Part shown: piece by piece, positions 49,900 to 60,626 of the stretch | Layout of the letters: every line of letters starts with the position of its first letter | Position numbering within the stretch: the stretch's first letter is position 1 | NCBI GenBank assembly: GCA_963792415.1 | Contig: CAWBVY010000004.1 | Coordinates: forward strand, 352,001-416,000 | Length of the DNA: 64,000 bases | Source of the DNA: Candidatus Deferrimicrobiaceae bacterium | Lineage (GTDB): Bacteria; Desulfobacterota; Deferrimicrobia; Deferrimicrobiales; Deferrimicrobiaceae | Direction of reading: 5' to 3' | Notes under the pieces: model-generated | The model's database searches: none | What the model was told of the DNA's origin: nothing | Seen by the model: the letters and a program-made list of their open reading frames with translations, nothing else | Position numbers and translations under genes: made by a program

Positions 49900-51078
49900 C
49901 TACCGGATTCTCTCATACTTTTCAGGGCGCAGGAGGAGCAGGAGCGCCGCGGCGAGGAGGGCGAGCCCCGCGCTGACGCCGAAAGCCGCGGAGGCGCCGT
50001 AGGCGTTCCACAGGAGGCCGAAGAGGACGCTCGCGGGGAGGGCGGAGATGCCGGTGACGAGATGGAACCATCCGAACGCCGTCCCCCTCCGGTCGGTCGG
50101 GACGAAATCGGCCACCATCGCCCGCTCGGCGCCCTCGCACGCCGCTGCGTAGAGCCCGTACAGCAGGAAGACGGCGACGGTTGCCCCCGCGCCGCGAACG
50201 ACGGAGAACGCCGCGTAGCACGCGGCGTACACGCACCAGCCGGCCGCCACCACCCACTTCCGGGGGATCCGGTCTGAGAGTGCGCCCGCGGGGACGGAGA
50301 GGGACGATTTCACCACGTGGAACGCCCCCCACAGCAGCGGGACGTACCGGACGGGGACGCCCGCGTCCACGGCCCGCAGAATCAGGAAGGCGTCGCTCGC
50401 GTTCCCGAGGGTGAACAGGCCGACGAGGAGCAGGTATCGGCGGAACGCAGGCGATAGGCCGTCGCTGCGCAGCACGCTCCCCGCGTGGGGCGGAGCCCCC
50501 GCTGCGGGGGCGTCGCGGACCAGGAGCGCGAGGACGGCCACCGCCGCCAGGCCCGGCACGATCGACAGGAGGAAGACGGAGCGGAGGGAGATCCCGCCCG
50601 CCAGGAGGAGGAACGCCGCCACGGGCCCGAGCACCGCCCCGAGGTGGTCCATCCCCCGCTGCAGCCCGAACGCCTTCCCGCGCTGCTCGGCGGGGACGTA
50701 CGCGGCGACCAGCGCGTCCCTCGGCGAGGTCCGCACCCCTTTCCCGATCCGGTCGCAGAACCGCACGGCGAGGACGTGCCCCCACCCGGTGGCGAATCCG
50801 ACGAGCGGCCGGGCAAGGGTGGAGAGGCCGTACCCGGCGAGAACCAGCGGCTTCTTCCTCCCGCTCCGGTCGGACCAGGCGCCGGAGAAGAGCTTGAGCA
50901 GGCTCGCCGTCGTCTCCGCGACCCCCTCGATCAGTCCGAGGGCGGCGGGGCCGGCGGCCAGGGAGGTGACGAGGAACACCGGCAGGAGCGGGTAGATCAT
51001 CTCGCTCGACAGGTCGGTGAGGAGGCTCACCATCCCGATGGCGACGACGTTCCGGTGCAGCTTCCCGCGTTCCATCAT
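49900..51078 (-). CDS. MFS transporter
   Basis: SLLTDLSSEMIYP, DRIGKGVRTSPRDA, MDHLGAVLGP and GNASDAF. Confidence 0.9.
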   Translation of the reverse strand: MMERGKLHRNVVAIGMVSLLTDLSSEMIYPLLPVFLVTSLAAGPAALGLIEGVAETTASLLKLFSGAWSDRSGRKKPLVLAGYGLSTLARPLVGFATGWGHVLAVRFCDRIGKGVRTSPRDALVAAYVPAEQRGKAFGLQRGMDHLGAVLGPVAAFLLLAGGISLRSVFLLSIVPGLAAVAVLALLVRDAPAAGAPPHAGSVLRSDGLSPAFRRYLLLVGLFTLGNASDAFLILRAVDAGVPVRYVPLLWGAFHVVKSSLSVPAGALSDRIPRKWVVAAGWCVYAACYAAFSVVRGAGATVAVFLLYGLYAAACEGAERAMVADFVPTDRRGTAFGWFHLVTGISALPASVLFGLLWNAYGASAAFGVSAGLALLAAALLLLLRPEKYERIR

Positions 51079-51082
51079 CCCC

Positions 51083-53230
51083 TCAGAGAGGTGTCGTCCG
51101 GGCGCGCAACAGGCGCAACCCGTTGAAAATTACAAGCAACGTGGTCCCCATGTCGGCCAGGACCGCCATCCACAGGGTGGCGTACCCGGCCACCGCCATC
51201 GCGAGGAACACCCCTTTGATGGCAAGGGAGGCGGCAACGTTCTGCCGCACCAGGGATACCATGCGATGTCCGAGGGCGATGGCCGAGGGGATCCTGCGGA
51301 GATCCCCGGTCATGAGCGCCACGTCCGCCGTTTCCATCGCGGCCGGGGAGCCCGCCGCGGCGATCGCCACGCCGACGGTGGCCAGGGCCAGCGCCGGCGC
51401 GTCGTTCACCCCGTCCCCCACCATCGCCGTCGCCCCGTGCGCGGCGACGAGGCCCCGGATCCGCGCGAGCTTGTCCTCGGGCAGCAGGCCGTGCTCAACG
51501 AATTCGATGCCGGCCTCCGCTCCCGCTTTCCGGGCAGCCTCCGCGTTGTCCCCCGTGAGCAGGACGATGTGCGCCACGCCGAGATCCCGCAACGCCCGGA
51601 TCGCCTCCGGCGCCTCGGGACGAAGCCCGTCCGCCATCTCTATCGCCCCGGCGAGGACGTCCCGCGTTCCGACGATCGCGATGGACGGCGCCGCGCTCCC
51701 CCCGTGTTCGAGGAGCCGGTCGAGCGCGTCGCGGCCAAAGCCCATCGTCTCGAACATCCTCCGGTTCCCGACGCAGATCTTCCGCCCCTCCACCTCGGCG
51801 GCGACGCCTTGCCCTTCCACGGGCTCGAACGTCCGGGCGAGGGTCCCGCGCGCCGCTGTCGCCACGCCAAGCCGCGCCGCTTCGCGACGGATCGCCTCCG
51901 CGGCGGGGTGCGCCGAGCCCGCCTCGACCGCACCCGCCAGCCGGAGAACCTCCTCTTCCGTCCACCCGTCCGCCGCCCGGACCCGGGTCACCTGGAGCCT
52001 TCCCGGCGTGAGCGTCCCCGTCTTGTCGAACGCCACCGCGCGGATCCTCCCCAGCGCCTCGAGATGCCTTGCGCCCTTGACGAGGATCCCCTCCCGTGTC
52101 GCGCGCGTGAGGGCGGAGAGGGTGACCACGGGCGCGGCCAGGACGATGGCGCACGGGCAGGCGATCACGAGCATTACGAGCGCCCTGTACGCCCAGTCGA
52201 GCGCCGTGCCCATGCCCAGCAGGGGGGGGATTGCGGCCACGAGGATGGCCGCGCAAAGAACCGCCGGGGTGTACACGGCGGCGAACCGCTCCATGAAGGT
52301 CTGAACGGGCGCTTTTTCCGCCTGCGCCTCCTCCACCCGGCGCAGGATCCGGGCGTAGGTGGATTCGGACAGCGGACGCGTCGCCTCGGCGATCAGCAGG
52401 CCCCGGCCGTTCACCGTGCCGGCGAACAGCTCCTCCCCCTCCTTCTTCTCCACGGGGACCGACTCTCCGGTGAGCGCCGATTCGTTGAGGTCCGAGGTGC
52501 CCCGGCGGATCACCGCGTCGACGGGGACGCGCTCCCCGGGTCGAACGACCAGGGTGTCTCCGGGACGGACCTCCTCGGCGGGGACGATCCGTTCCTCGCC
52601 TCCCGGGCCGCCGACGCGGACGACGGCCCGTTCCGGGGAGGAAGCGAACAGATCGGCTGTGGCGCGGCGGGCGCGATCGAGGCTGCGCGCCTCCAGCGTG
52701 TTGGCGAGGGCGAAGAGGGTTACCACCACCGCCGCCTCCGCCCACTCCCCGAGGAAGGCCGCGCCGCCGATCGAGATCGTCATCAGGGCGTTCATCCCGA
52801 GGGATCGGTTCCGCACTTCCCGGAACCCCCGCATCGCCACCGGGGCGCCGCCGAGGAGGATCGCCGCGAGAAAGAAGAGGCGGACCAGGGATTCTCCGGG
52901 AAAGAGGGTCATCGATCCTGCGCCGAGAAGAAGGGCCGCGCCGGAAAGGAGGAAGGTGTTCCGGGGCGTCCTGTCCGACGGGGGGAGTTCCGCCCGGCGC
53001 AGCGCGTCGTCCAGCGGACGTCCCTCCATCCCGATCCGGCGCAGGGCGTCGAGGATCGGCTCCACCTCCCCCCGGTGACGCACCTCCACCTGCCGGGAGA
53101 AAAGACGGAACGTGAGCGACTCCACGACGGGGAGCCTGGAGAGGGCGGCGCGGATCTCTTTCTCCTCGTCGGGACAATCCATGGCGGGGATGTAGATCCA
53201 TGTGCGGGTTGGATCGCCGGGGGTTCGCAT
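51083..53230 (-). CDS. cadA: Heavy-metal-translocating P1B-type ATPase (Zn/Cd/Pb type)
   Basis: HMA MDCPDEE, TGES, CPC, DKTGTLT, HP, GDGVNDAP and NV..SL.IK/LADMG. This is only the C-terminal part of the listed 1958-aa ORF. Confidence 0.9.
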   Translation of the reverse strand: MRTPGDPTRTWIYIPAMDCPDEEKEIRAALSRLPVVESLTFRLFSRQVEVRHRGEVEPILDALRRIGMEGRPLDDALRRAELPPSDRTPRNTFLLSGAALLLGAGSMTLFPGESLVRLFFLAAILLGGAPVAMRGFREVRNRSLGMNALMTISIGGAAFLGEWAEAAVVVTLFALANTLEARSLDRARRATADLFASSPERAVVRVGGPGGEERIVPAEEVRPGDTLVVRPGERVPVDAVIRRGTSDLNESALTGESVPVEKKEGEELFAGTVNGRGLLIAEATRPLSESTYARILRRVEEAQAEKAPVQTFMERFAAVYTPAVLCAAILVAAIPPLLGMGTALDWAYRALVMLVIACPCAIVLAAPVVTLSALTRATREGILVKGARHLEALGRIRAVAFDKTGTLTPGRLQVTRVRAADGWTEEEVLRLAGAVEAGSAHPAAEAIRREAARLGVATAARGTLARTFEPVEGQGVAAEVEGRKICVGNRRMFETMGFGRDALDRLLEHGGSAAPSIAIVGTRDVLAGAIEMADGLRPEAPEAIRALRDLGVAHIVLLTGDNAEAARKAGAEAGIEFVEHGLLPEDKLARIRGLVAAHGATAMVGDGVNDAPALALATVGVAIAAAGSPAAMETADVALMTGDLRRIPSAIALGHRMVSLVRQNVAASLAIKGVFLAMAVAGYATLWMAVLADMGTTLLVIFNGLRLLRARTTPL

Positions 53231-53253
53231 CGTCCTGAGGTCCGTCGCCGCCG

Positions 53254-54048
53254 TCAGCGGGCCGGTGCGCCCCCCGGTTTCTTCGCGACGAAGATCGCTT
53301 TCTCGTCCGAGTAGGAGACGATCCGGCCCCCTTCGGCGAGGATGCGGAACGTCTCCCGCGCGAGCGGAAAGGCGGAGAGGAAGATCGTCTCGACCTCCCA
53401 TTGCACCGCCTTGGGACGGCCCGTCCGTGCCACCCATTCGGGGAAGGAGTGTGTTTTCCAAAGGGAGGCGGCCTGCAGGAGAAGAAGTCCCGCCCTCCCG
53501 AGGAACTCGAGCCACTCCTCCACGCGGTAGCTGCGCACGTGCGACGGGTCGCGGACCTTCTCGATGCCGTTCAGGAAGGCGTCGAGGGACGGCTCGCCGG
53601 GTACCACGCTGTCGATGATGCCGATCCGCCCGCCGGGGCGCGTCACCCGGGCCATCTCGGACAGCGCGGACCGGACGTCGGGGAAATGGTGCGGCGCGAT
53701 GCGGCACGTCACCCGGTCGAAGGTGGCGTCCCGGAACGGGAGCGCCTCGGCGTCGGCGGCCGCGAAGACCACGTTCCCCGACCGGCGCTCCGCGGCCAGA
53801 AGCCGCGCCTCCCGGAGCATGGACGGGGTCAGGTCCGACGCCACCACCCGGCCGGAACGCTCGGCGAGCGCCGCCGCGGTGTGGCCGCCTCCCGTCGCCA
53901 CGTCGAGGACCCTGTGCGCCGGATCGAGGGCGAGGCCCGTGAAGAGAAGATCGAGGTCCTCCACGTCCGTGTGGTCCGCGCTGCACCGGTATTTCGACGC
54001 CACCCGACCGAACTGCGCGCGGGTGCGCTCCTTCTCGGACAAAGGCAT
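53254..54048 (-). CDS. Class I SAM-dependent methyltransferase
   Basis: VLDVATGGGH, DAEALPF, CRIAPHHF and RDPSH. Confidence 0.88.
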   Translation of the reverse strand: MPLSEKERTRAQFGRVASKYRCSADHTDVEDLDLLFTGLALDPAHRVLDVATGGGHTAAALAERSGRVVASDLTPSMLREARLLAAERRSGNVVFAAADAEALPFRDATFDRVTCRIAPHHFPDVRSALSEMARVTRPGGRIGIIDSVVPGEPSLDAFLNGIEKVRDPSHVRSYRVEEWLEFLGRAGLLLLQAASLWKTHSFPEWVARTGRPKAVQWEVETIFLSAFPLARETFRILAEGGRIVSYSDEKAIFVAKKPGGAPAR

Positions 54049-54115
54049 TCGCGGTTCCTCCGCTCCCATTCTCCCCTGCGGAGTCGGGGATGACAAGACC
54101 GGGCGCGGGGATACA

Positions 54116-57100
54116 ATGGGGAGCATGCAGGACCGGCTCCCCGCCATCTCGCGACTGTACGCCGGACCGTTCCCCGCGCTCGAGGAACGCCTGATCGGGC
54201 GGTATTTCGGCCGCGCAGGGCGCGACCCTTCGCTGGAGCACGTTCTTCTCGTGTCGTCCAACGAACTCCGGGAGCACCTGTTGAAGCGCCTGGCGTCGGA
54301 TCCCGCCGTTCCCTCCGTCTTCGCCGGCGCGTCCGTGATGACGCTGTACGATTTCGCCGTGCGCCTTCTGAAGCATCGCGGAAGCTTCCCGGTGGAACTT
54401 CCGCCTGCGAGGATGGCGGCGGCGATCTTCGCGGCGGTTCGCGAAACGTACGCATCGGGGGGCGGGGATTTCGGGGCGATCTCCGCGACGCCCGGCTTCA
54501 TCCCCGCCCTCGCCCGCACCCTTTCCGACCTCGAGGAAGGGTGCGTGGGGGACGCGGAGCTCGCGGTGGCCGAAAGGACGGCGAAGGATCGGGGGGCCCC
54601 CCGAAAGGCGGCGCGGTGGGCGGAGTGGCGGCGGCTCCGGGGAGCCGTGGGCAGGAAGATCCGGGCGATGGGGGGGGAGACGCGACGCCGGATCTTCCGG
54701 GATGCGGTGGCGGGATTCGAGCAGCCCGGCTACCCGTTCCGCGCGACCCTGTACGGATTCTACGACTTCACCCGGCTTCAGTGGATGCTGGTCGAAAGGC
54801 TCCTCTCTTCCGGCCTGCTGGACGATGTCTACTTCCCCGGTCTCTTCGACGGCGACGGGAATCTCCGTCCTTCGTTCCTGTACGCCGCCCGGGCGTGGGA
54901 TCGTCTGCGCGCCGCCTTCGAGGGAAACGTGGAGTACCTGAACGACGTCCCCGCCGCGGGGGTCGCGTCGGTGCGCGAGCGGATCTTCTCCCCCGCCCCG
55001 CCCGCGGAACCGGGGCCCGCGCCGTTCTCCGTCCTCTCCGCTCCCCACGCGGAAGGGGAGATTCGGCTCGCCGCCAGGCGGGTCCGGTCCTGGATTGACG
55101 CTTCCCCCGGGGCTTCCGTTTTTCTCGTCGCGAGGAGAGTGACCCCGGAAATGGCGGCCGACTGGGAACGGATCGCCGCGGAGTACGGCATCGACACGGC
55201 GGGGCGTCTCGATATCCCCCTCTCTTCCGTCCCCCTCGTGCGCCTCCTCCTGCGGATGATCTCGGTCGCGCGGGACGATTTCCCGCGTCGGGAAGTGATC
55301 GACGTCCTCTCGTCTCCGTATCGTCGTTTCGCCGGGGGGGAGAACGGCGCCGCCGCGCGGCCCGACCTGTGGGACCTCCTCTCGAAGGAGCTCCTGATCG
55401 TTTCCGGGCCCGATTGGGAAACGCGGCTGGCCCGGCCTCCGCGGAGCCGTCGCCCGGCGGAGGATGCCGATGCGGGGGAGGACGCTCGCGCGGCCCAGCT
55501 CGCCCGGCTCCGGTCCGAGGTGCGCGCCTTGAGGGCCTCCCTGCGGCCCCTGGCCGAGGCGCGGGGGTACGCCGCATTCGCACGGGCGGTCCGGACCCTT
55601 GTCTTGCGCGAGTTCCGGGTCGTACGGGACGACGCCCCGGAGTGGGAGCGCGACCGCCGGGCGGTGGAGGCGCTCTTCGCGATCCTGGACGACCTCGAGG
55701 CGATCCCCGACCGGGAGGCGCCGTGGCCGGGGATGCGGGAGGGGGCGGAGGGATTTTCGGCCCTCCTCTCCGCGCAGCGGCTCTTCGTCGGCGAGCGGGG
55801 AGGGATGCGCAGGCCCGGCGCGGTCGTCCTCGGGGATGCCGTCGTCCTCCGGGGCGTCACGGCGGACCGGGCGATCGTCCTGTCGGTGAACGAGGACGCG
55901 GTGCCGGCCCAGCTCGAGGAGGACCCGCTCCTGCCGGACGACGACCGGGAGGAGATCAACCGCGGGACGCGGCAGACGGACCTGCCGGACGCCTTGACGC
56001 TGCGGCGCCGCAACGCGGCGGAGGAGAAGCTCCTCTTCGCCCTTCCCGCCGCCGCCGTGCGGGAGGAGGTCGTTTTCTCGGTCCTGCGCGCCGACGCCGC
56101 GGGCGCGGCCCGGCGCCCCTCCCGGTACCTGCTCCACCTGCTGTCGCGCTTCGCCGGCCCCGCGGTCTTCTCCGAGGAGTGGGAAGCCGCCTCCGGCGCC
56201 GTCGTCGAACGCCTCCCCCGGTCTCCCTTCGACGCCCTCGGGGGCGAGGGGCCGCGCAGCGCGCGGGAGGCGGCCCTGCGCGCGTGGAGAGCCGGAGCGG
56301 AGCCGGAGGGCGCCGCGGCCTTCGTCCCGTGGGGCAAGGTGCGCGGGATTCTGGCCGCGTGGGCCGATCGGGCCGCCGGGGAGGGGATCTTCCCCGGCCC
56401 GGGTCTCTTCGTCCGCCTCCCGGCCTGGCACAGCGCCTCCGCGCTGGAGGAGCTGGCCCGGTGTCCGTACCGGTACTTCCTCCGGCGCGTCGTCCGCCTC
56501 GATCCGCCGGAGGAGCCCGAAGAGGCGCTCGCGCTCTCTCCCGCGGAGCTGGGGGAGATCGCCCACGACATCCTGCGCCGTCTTGGTCAGGACGCCGCGG
56601 CGGGAAAGGGGTGGAGGAACATCGAAGCCGCCGCGCGAAGGGAAGTGGAGCGCTTCGCCCGGGAGAACCCGACCGGTCTTCCCGGCCTCTTCCGGATCCG
56701 GTGCCGGGGCGTGGAGCGGGACGTGGCGCGCCTGGCGGCGTGGGAGCGGAGTCGGGAGGCCGGGCGCCCCGGGTGGCGGGTCGACCGGATCGAGGAGGCG
56801 TTCTCCCTCCCCGCCACCCCACTCCTCCCGGCGCTTCGCGGGCGGGTCGACCGGATCGATCGCGGTCCCGAGGGGGAAGCCCGGGTGATCGACTACAAGT
56901 ATCGCGACCCGGCCCGCGGGGAGATCCCCCCGGACTGGATCCGTCACGGTCTCTCCCATCAGGTCCCCGTCTATCTGTCGTTCGCGGCGTCTCTCTCACC
57001 GGAGCCGTCCGCCGTCTCGGCCGCCTTCTACTTCCTTCGCAACGGGTTCGGGGTCGAGGAGGCGCCGGGGTGGGACGATATCCGCGTCGAGTGGACCGCG

Positions 57101-57340
57101 TCCCTCGCCGGCTGGCTCTCCCTCGCCGCCGCGGGGGCGTTCCCGCCACTGCCGCACCACCGGTTCACCAGCGCGGGGCGGGCGTCTCCCCGGTATTGCG
57201 ATTCCTGCCCGTTCCGTGATCATTGCCGCGTCTCGCCCGTCTACGACGGCTCCGAGATCGACCCGGGCACGCTCGGGGCGCGGATCGCGCGGGAACCGGC
57301 GCTGCGCCCGGTGGCCGACCACCGGGCCGGGAAGGAGTGA
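54116..57340 (+). CDS. addB: AddB/RexB-like PD-(D/E)XK nuclease subunit
   Basis: Inactive-helicase-like N-part, SASALEELARCPYRY, GRVDRID, IDYK and CDSCPFRDHC Fe-S staple. Confidence 0.85.
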   Translation: MGSMQDRLPAISRLYAGPFPALEERLIGRYFGRAGRDPSLEHVLLVSSNELREHLLKRLASDPAVPSVFAGASVMTLYDFAVRLLKHRGSFPVELPPARMAAAIFAAVRETYASGGGDFGAISATPGFIPALARTLSDLEEGCVGDAELAVAERTAKDRGAPRKAARWAEWRRLRGAVGRKIRAMGGETRRRIFRDAVAGFEQPGYPFRATLYGFYDFTRLQWMLVERLLSSGLLDDVYFPGLFDGDGNLRPSFLYAARAWDRLRAAFEGNVEYLNDVPAAGVASVRERIFSPAPPAEPGPAPFSVLSAPHAEGEIRLAARRVRSWIDASPGASVFLVARRVTPEMAADWERIAAEYGIDTAGRLDIPLSSVPLVRLLLRMISVARDDFPRREVIDVLSSPYRRFAGGENGAAARPDLWDLLSKELLIVSGPDWETRLARPPRSRRPAEDADAGEDARAAQLARLRSEVRALRASLRPLAEARGYAAFARAVRTLVLREFRVVRDDAPEWERDRRAVEALFAILDDLEAIPDREAPWPGMREGAEGFSALLSAQRLFVGERGGMRRPGAVVLGDAVVLRGVTADRAIVLSVNEDAVPAQLEEDPLLPDDDREEINRGTRQTDLPDALTLRRRNAAEEKLLFALPAAAVREEVVFSVLRADAAGAARRPSRYLLHLLSRFAGPAVFSEEWEAASGAVVERLPRSPFDALGGEGPRSAREAALRAWRAGAEPEGAAAFVPWGKVRGILAAWADRAAGEGIFPGPGLFVRLPAWHSASALEELARCPYRYFLRRVVRLDPPEEPEEALALSPAELGEIAHDILRRLGQDAAAGKGWRNIEAAARREVERFARENPTGLPGLFRIRCRGVERDVARLAAWERSREAGRPGWRVDRIEEAFSLPATPLLPALRGRVDRIDRGPEGEARVIDYKYRDPARGEIPPDWIRHGLSHQVPVYLSFAASLSPEPSAVSAAFYFLRNGFGVEEAPGWDDIRVEWTASLAGWLSLAAAGAFPPLPHHRFTSAGRASPRYCDSCPFRDHCRVSPVYDGSEIDPGTLGARIAREPALRPVADHRAGKE

Positions 57341-57343
57341 CCG

Positions 57344-60300
57344 GTGCGGGAGAACCGTGAAAAGGCGGCCAGCGAGTTCCGGCGCGACCTCGCCGTCGAC
57401 GCCTCCGCGGGGACGGGGAAAACGTCCACCCTCGTGGCGCGGGCGACCAACCTCTTCCTCGCCCTTCCGGACCTGTCCACCGACCACGTCCTCCTGCTGA
57501 CCTTCACCGACAAGGCGGCGGCGGAGATGAAGGCGCGGGTCACGGAAGGGTGGGAGCGGCTCTTCGCGGCGACGCAGGAAACCGGCGACATCGACGAGGT
57601 CGCGCTGCGCGCGGCGGCGTGGAACCCGCTCGCCCGCGTTCCAGGGGAACTCTACCCCGACTTCGCCGCGCTGCGCCGGCGGGTCGAGGAGATGGTCGAC
57701 GGGGTGGGCCGCCTCTCCGTGACGACGTTCCACTCGTTCTGCGCCCGCGTTCTCCGCTCCTTCCCGGCGGAGGCGGGGGTCGACCCTCTCTTCGAAGTGC
57801 TGCCGGAGACCGCCGCGGCCGACGCGTGGGACGCCGCGTTCCGGAAATTTCTGCAGGGCGAGTTCGGGGCGGAAGAGGTCCTCCCGGAGTGGGATCGGGT
57901 CCTTTCCCGTCTCCCCGACCCCTCGAAGGCGTGGTGGGTGATCCGCCGCCTTTGCCTCTTCCAGCGCGACCTGCTGCGCGGCCCGGCGCCCGATTTCGGG
58001 TCCCCCCGGGACTTCCTCGGCTTCCTCGTCAGGGAACACGGTCCCGATGTCGATTATTTCCGCTCCTTCGTCGCCGGGACCCTGGCTCCGGAGGACGACC
58101 CGGCGGCGGTCGCGTTCCGGGAGGCGCTCCGCGTCCTCGATTCCGCGTGGGAATCGGTCCTGGAGGGGGATCTCGCCTCCGCCGCGGCGGTCGCGGAGGA
58201 GGGGGCGATGGCCTTTGCCATGGACCTCCGCAAGGCGGCGAGCAAGAAAAAGTTCCCGCGCCCCGAGGGGCCGAAACTGTCCGAGGTGCGCGACGCGCTG
58301 CTCCGGTTCTGGAAACGGGTGGCCGAGGTGCCGGAGGGGGATGCGGCGGCGCGCTTCCTCGTGGCGCGCGCCGGGGCCGCTCTCGCATCGTTCGAGGCGG
58401 CGAAGGGGAGCGGGCTCGACTTCATGGACCTGCTGTTGCGGGCGAGCGATCTTCTCGCGGGGAACCCCGCGGTCGCGCGGCGGCTGGGGGAGCGGTTCCG
58501 GTACATCTTCGTGGACGAGTTCCAGGACACGGACCCTCTGCAGGCGGGGGTTCTCCGGGCGATCGCTGCCGACGCGGCTCCGGGGCGCCTCTTCGTCGTC
58601 GGGGATCCGAAGCAGTCGATCTACGGGTTCCGCCGCGCGGATATCCAGGTGTACAGGCAGTTCCGCGAGGGGATGGTCGACGCCGGGGGGGAGGACGTCC
58701 CGCTGGCCCGCAACTTCCGCAGCCGCCCCGACCTGCTCGCGACGCTCTCGGGCCTCTTCTCCCGCGTTCTCTCCGGCGGGGAGGACTTCTCCCCCGCCTA
58801 CGCGCACGTTGTGCCCAACCGGAACGACCCCGGCGAGGGGCATCCCGTTTCGCTCTATCGGCTCGACCCCGCCGTGGACGAGTCGGAGTTCCTCGCGGCG
58901 CTGGTCGGTCGGATCGCCGGATCGGTGAAGGTCCGGGATCGCGACGGCATCGAACGCCCCGCCTCGTTCCGGGACATCGCCGTCCTCTACCGCTCCGACG
59001 CCTCGGGCGAGGTGCTTTCGGGGTATCGCGCGGCGCTCGCGGCCGCGGGGATCCCCCATGTCGTCCCTTCGCGCAAGGGGTTCTTCCTGCGGCAGGAGAT
59101 CCAGGACGTGCGGATGGTTCTTTCCGCCATCGATGTCCCCGCGGACCGGTCGGCGCGCCACGCGGCGATGAAGACGATCTTCTTCGGACTGTCGGACGAG
59201 GAGATCCACCCGCTCTACGGGGAGGACCCGGCCGCGGTCCCTCCGCGCGTGCGCGAGGCCGTGGCGCTCCTTTCCCGCCTCTCCGCGCGGCGGGGGCGGG
59301 CGTCCCTTCCGGACCTTCTCGCGGCCTTGTACGGGGAGACGGGGGTCGATTTCGTCGCGGCGAGGATTCCCGAGGGGGAGCGGATCGTCCGGAATCTGTC
59401 GAAGGCCGCGGAGATGGCGAGGGCCTTCGAATGGGGCGGCGCCGGTTCCCTCAAGCTCTTTCTCGCGGAGATCCGCCGGAAGGCCGCCGAGGGGCGGGAG
59501 GAGGACGAAGTCCCCGACTTCGAGGAGGGGGAGGACGCCGTGCGCCTTTCCACGATCCACGGAGCGAAGGGGCTCGAGTTCCCGGTCGTGATCCTCGCGG
59601 GGATCTCCCGCGGCGGGCGGAAGGGGCCGGAGGGGCTTCGGGTGGACCGGGTCCGGGGTCTCTCCGCGGTGATCTTTCCCGGGTTCCGGACGTATTCGGC
59701 GTTCCGTCAGGTGCCGGGCGCGGGTCGCCCGGTGACGTTCGAGGAGTGGGAGAAGGAGAAGATGATGGCGGAGGAGCGCCGTCTTCTCTACGTCGCGGCC
59801 ACCCGCGCGAAGGACCGGCTCTACCTGGTGGACCGGGGGACGGGGCCCGGCTCGACCCTTCGGGACGCGCTGATGGAGGGAATCTCCGGGGCGACGGCAG
59901 AGGGGGAGGGCCGCTGCCTCGTCACGGGGCTTCCGGGGGAACGTCTTCGGCTCAGCGAGGGGCCGCCCGACGGGTCCGCGGGCGGGGAGCTGCTCCGGGT
60001 GTCGGTGACGTCGGTCCTGCGGGAGCCGGTCCCGCGTCCCCCCGCGCCTCTCGCCGTCCCGGCGATCGCCTGGGCGCGGGTCGGGGAGGAGGCGGAGCCG
60101 GTCCCGCCCGCGCCGGCACCCGAGCCGGTCTCCCTCGCCGAGCTGCACGGCCGCTTGCGCGGGAAACGGTTCGGGGAGAAGGTCCACCGCGTCTTCGAGG
60201 CGTACCCGCCGGTGACCGACCCGTGGCCGCCGCCGGGGGCGGCCCTTCCGGTGATCTGGGACGGGGAGGAGGAGCGCCGGTGGAACGCGATCGTCGTCGC

Positions 60301-60607
60301 GGTGCGCTCCTCCCCGCTGTTCCGGGAGCTTCGCTCCTCCCGCGTCGTCGGCACGGAGCTGGCGCTCCTCCGGGTCCGGGGCTTCACCGCGGACGAGGAA
60401 CGCGCCGACCTCGTCGTTCGGCTCCCTGGACCGGCGGGGGAGATGCGGGTCGTCGACTACAAGACCGGGGAGCGGGACCGGGCGCTCGAGAAGGCGTACT
60501 TTCTCCAGCTGCGCGAATACCGCGGCATACTCTCCGAGGCGTGGCGGGTCCCCGTGCGCGCCTTCCTCTGGTACGTGGAATCCGGCGCGTCGTTCGAGGT
60601 GGGCTGA
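57344..60607 (+). CDS. addA: AddA/UvrD-like helicase-nuclease
   Basis: ASAGTGKT, TFTDKAA, DEFQDT, VGDPKQSIYGFR, NFRS, TIHGAKGLEF, YVAATRA and VDYKTG. Confidence 0.9.
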   Translation: MRENREKAASEFRRDLAVDASAGTGKTSTLVARATNLFLALPDLSTDHVLLLTFTDKAAAEMKARVTEGWERLFAATQETGDIDEVALRAAAWNPLARVPGELYPDFAALRRRVEEMVDGVGRLSVTTFHSFCARVLRSFPAEAGVDPLFEVLPETAAADAWDAAFRKFLQGEFGAEEVLPEWDRVLSRLPDPSKAWWVIRRLCLFQRDLLRGPAPDFGSPRDFLGFLVREHGPDVDYFRSFVAGTLAPEDDPAAVAFREALRVLDSAWESVLEGDLASAAAVAEEGAMAFAMDLRKAASKKKFPRPEGPKLSEVRDALLRFWKRVAEVPEGDAAARFLVARAGAALASFEAAKGSGLDFMDLLLRASDLLAGNPAVARRLGERFRYIFVDEFQDTDPLQAGVLRAIAADAAPGRLFVVGDPKQSIYGFRRADIQVYRQFREGMVDAGGEDVPLARNFRSRPDLLATLSGLFSRVLSGGEDFSPAYAHVVPNRNDPGEGHPVSLYRLDPAVDESEFLAALVGRIAGSVKVRDRDGIERPASFRDIAVLYRSDASGEVLSGYRAALAAAGIPHVVPSRKGFFLRQEIQDVRMVLSAIDVPADRSARHAAMKTIFFGLSDEEIHPLYGEDPAAVPPRVREAVALLSRLSARRGRASLPDLLAALYGETGVDFVAARIPEGERIVRNLSKAAEMARAFEWGGAGSLKLFLAEIRRKAAEGREEDEVPDFEEGEDAVRLSTIHGAKGLEFPVVILAGISRGGRKGPEGLRVDRVRGLSAVIFPGFRTYSAFRQVPGAGRPVTFEEWEKEKMMAEERRLLYVAATRAKDRLYLVDRGTGPGSTLRDALMEGISGATAEGEGRCLVTGLPGERLRLSEGPPDGSAGGELLRVSVTSVLREPVPRPPAPLAVPAIAWARVGEEAEPVPPAPAPEPVSLAELHGRLRGKRFGEKVHRVFEAYPPVTDPWPPPGAALPVIWDGEEERRWNAIVVAVRSSPLFRELRSSRVVGTELALLRVRGFTADEERADLVVRLPGPAGEMRVVDYKTGERDRALEKAYFLQLREYRGILSEAWRVPVRAFLWYVESGASFEVG

Positions 60608-60626
60608 AGGGGTTTGTCGGCCGGTC

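Noticed and set aside
53231-56959. N-terminal ~1240 aa of the 1958-aa minus-strand ORF, suggesting a giant ATPase fusion
   Set aside because: It is antisense to addB and out of frame over the methyltransferase, with low-complexity Arg/Gly/Pro sequence. The real ATPase starts near 53230.
54116-60607. Helicase-nuclease pair as an anti-phage defence system or Cas4
   Set aside because: Size, order and motifs match housekeeping AddAB recombination repair.
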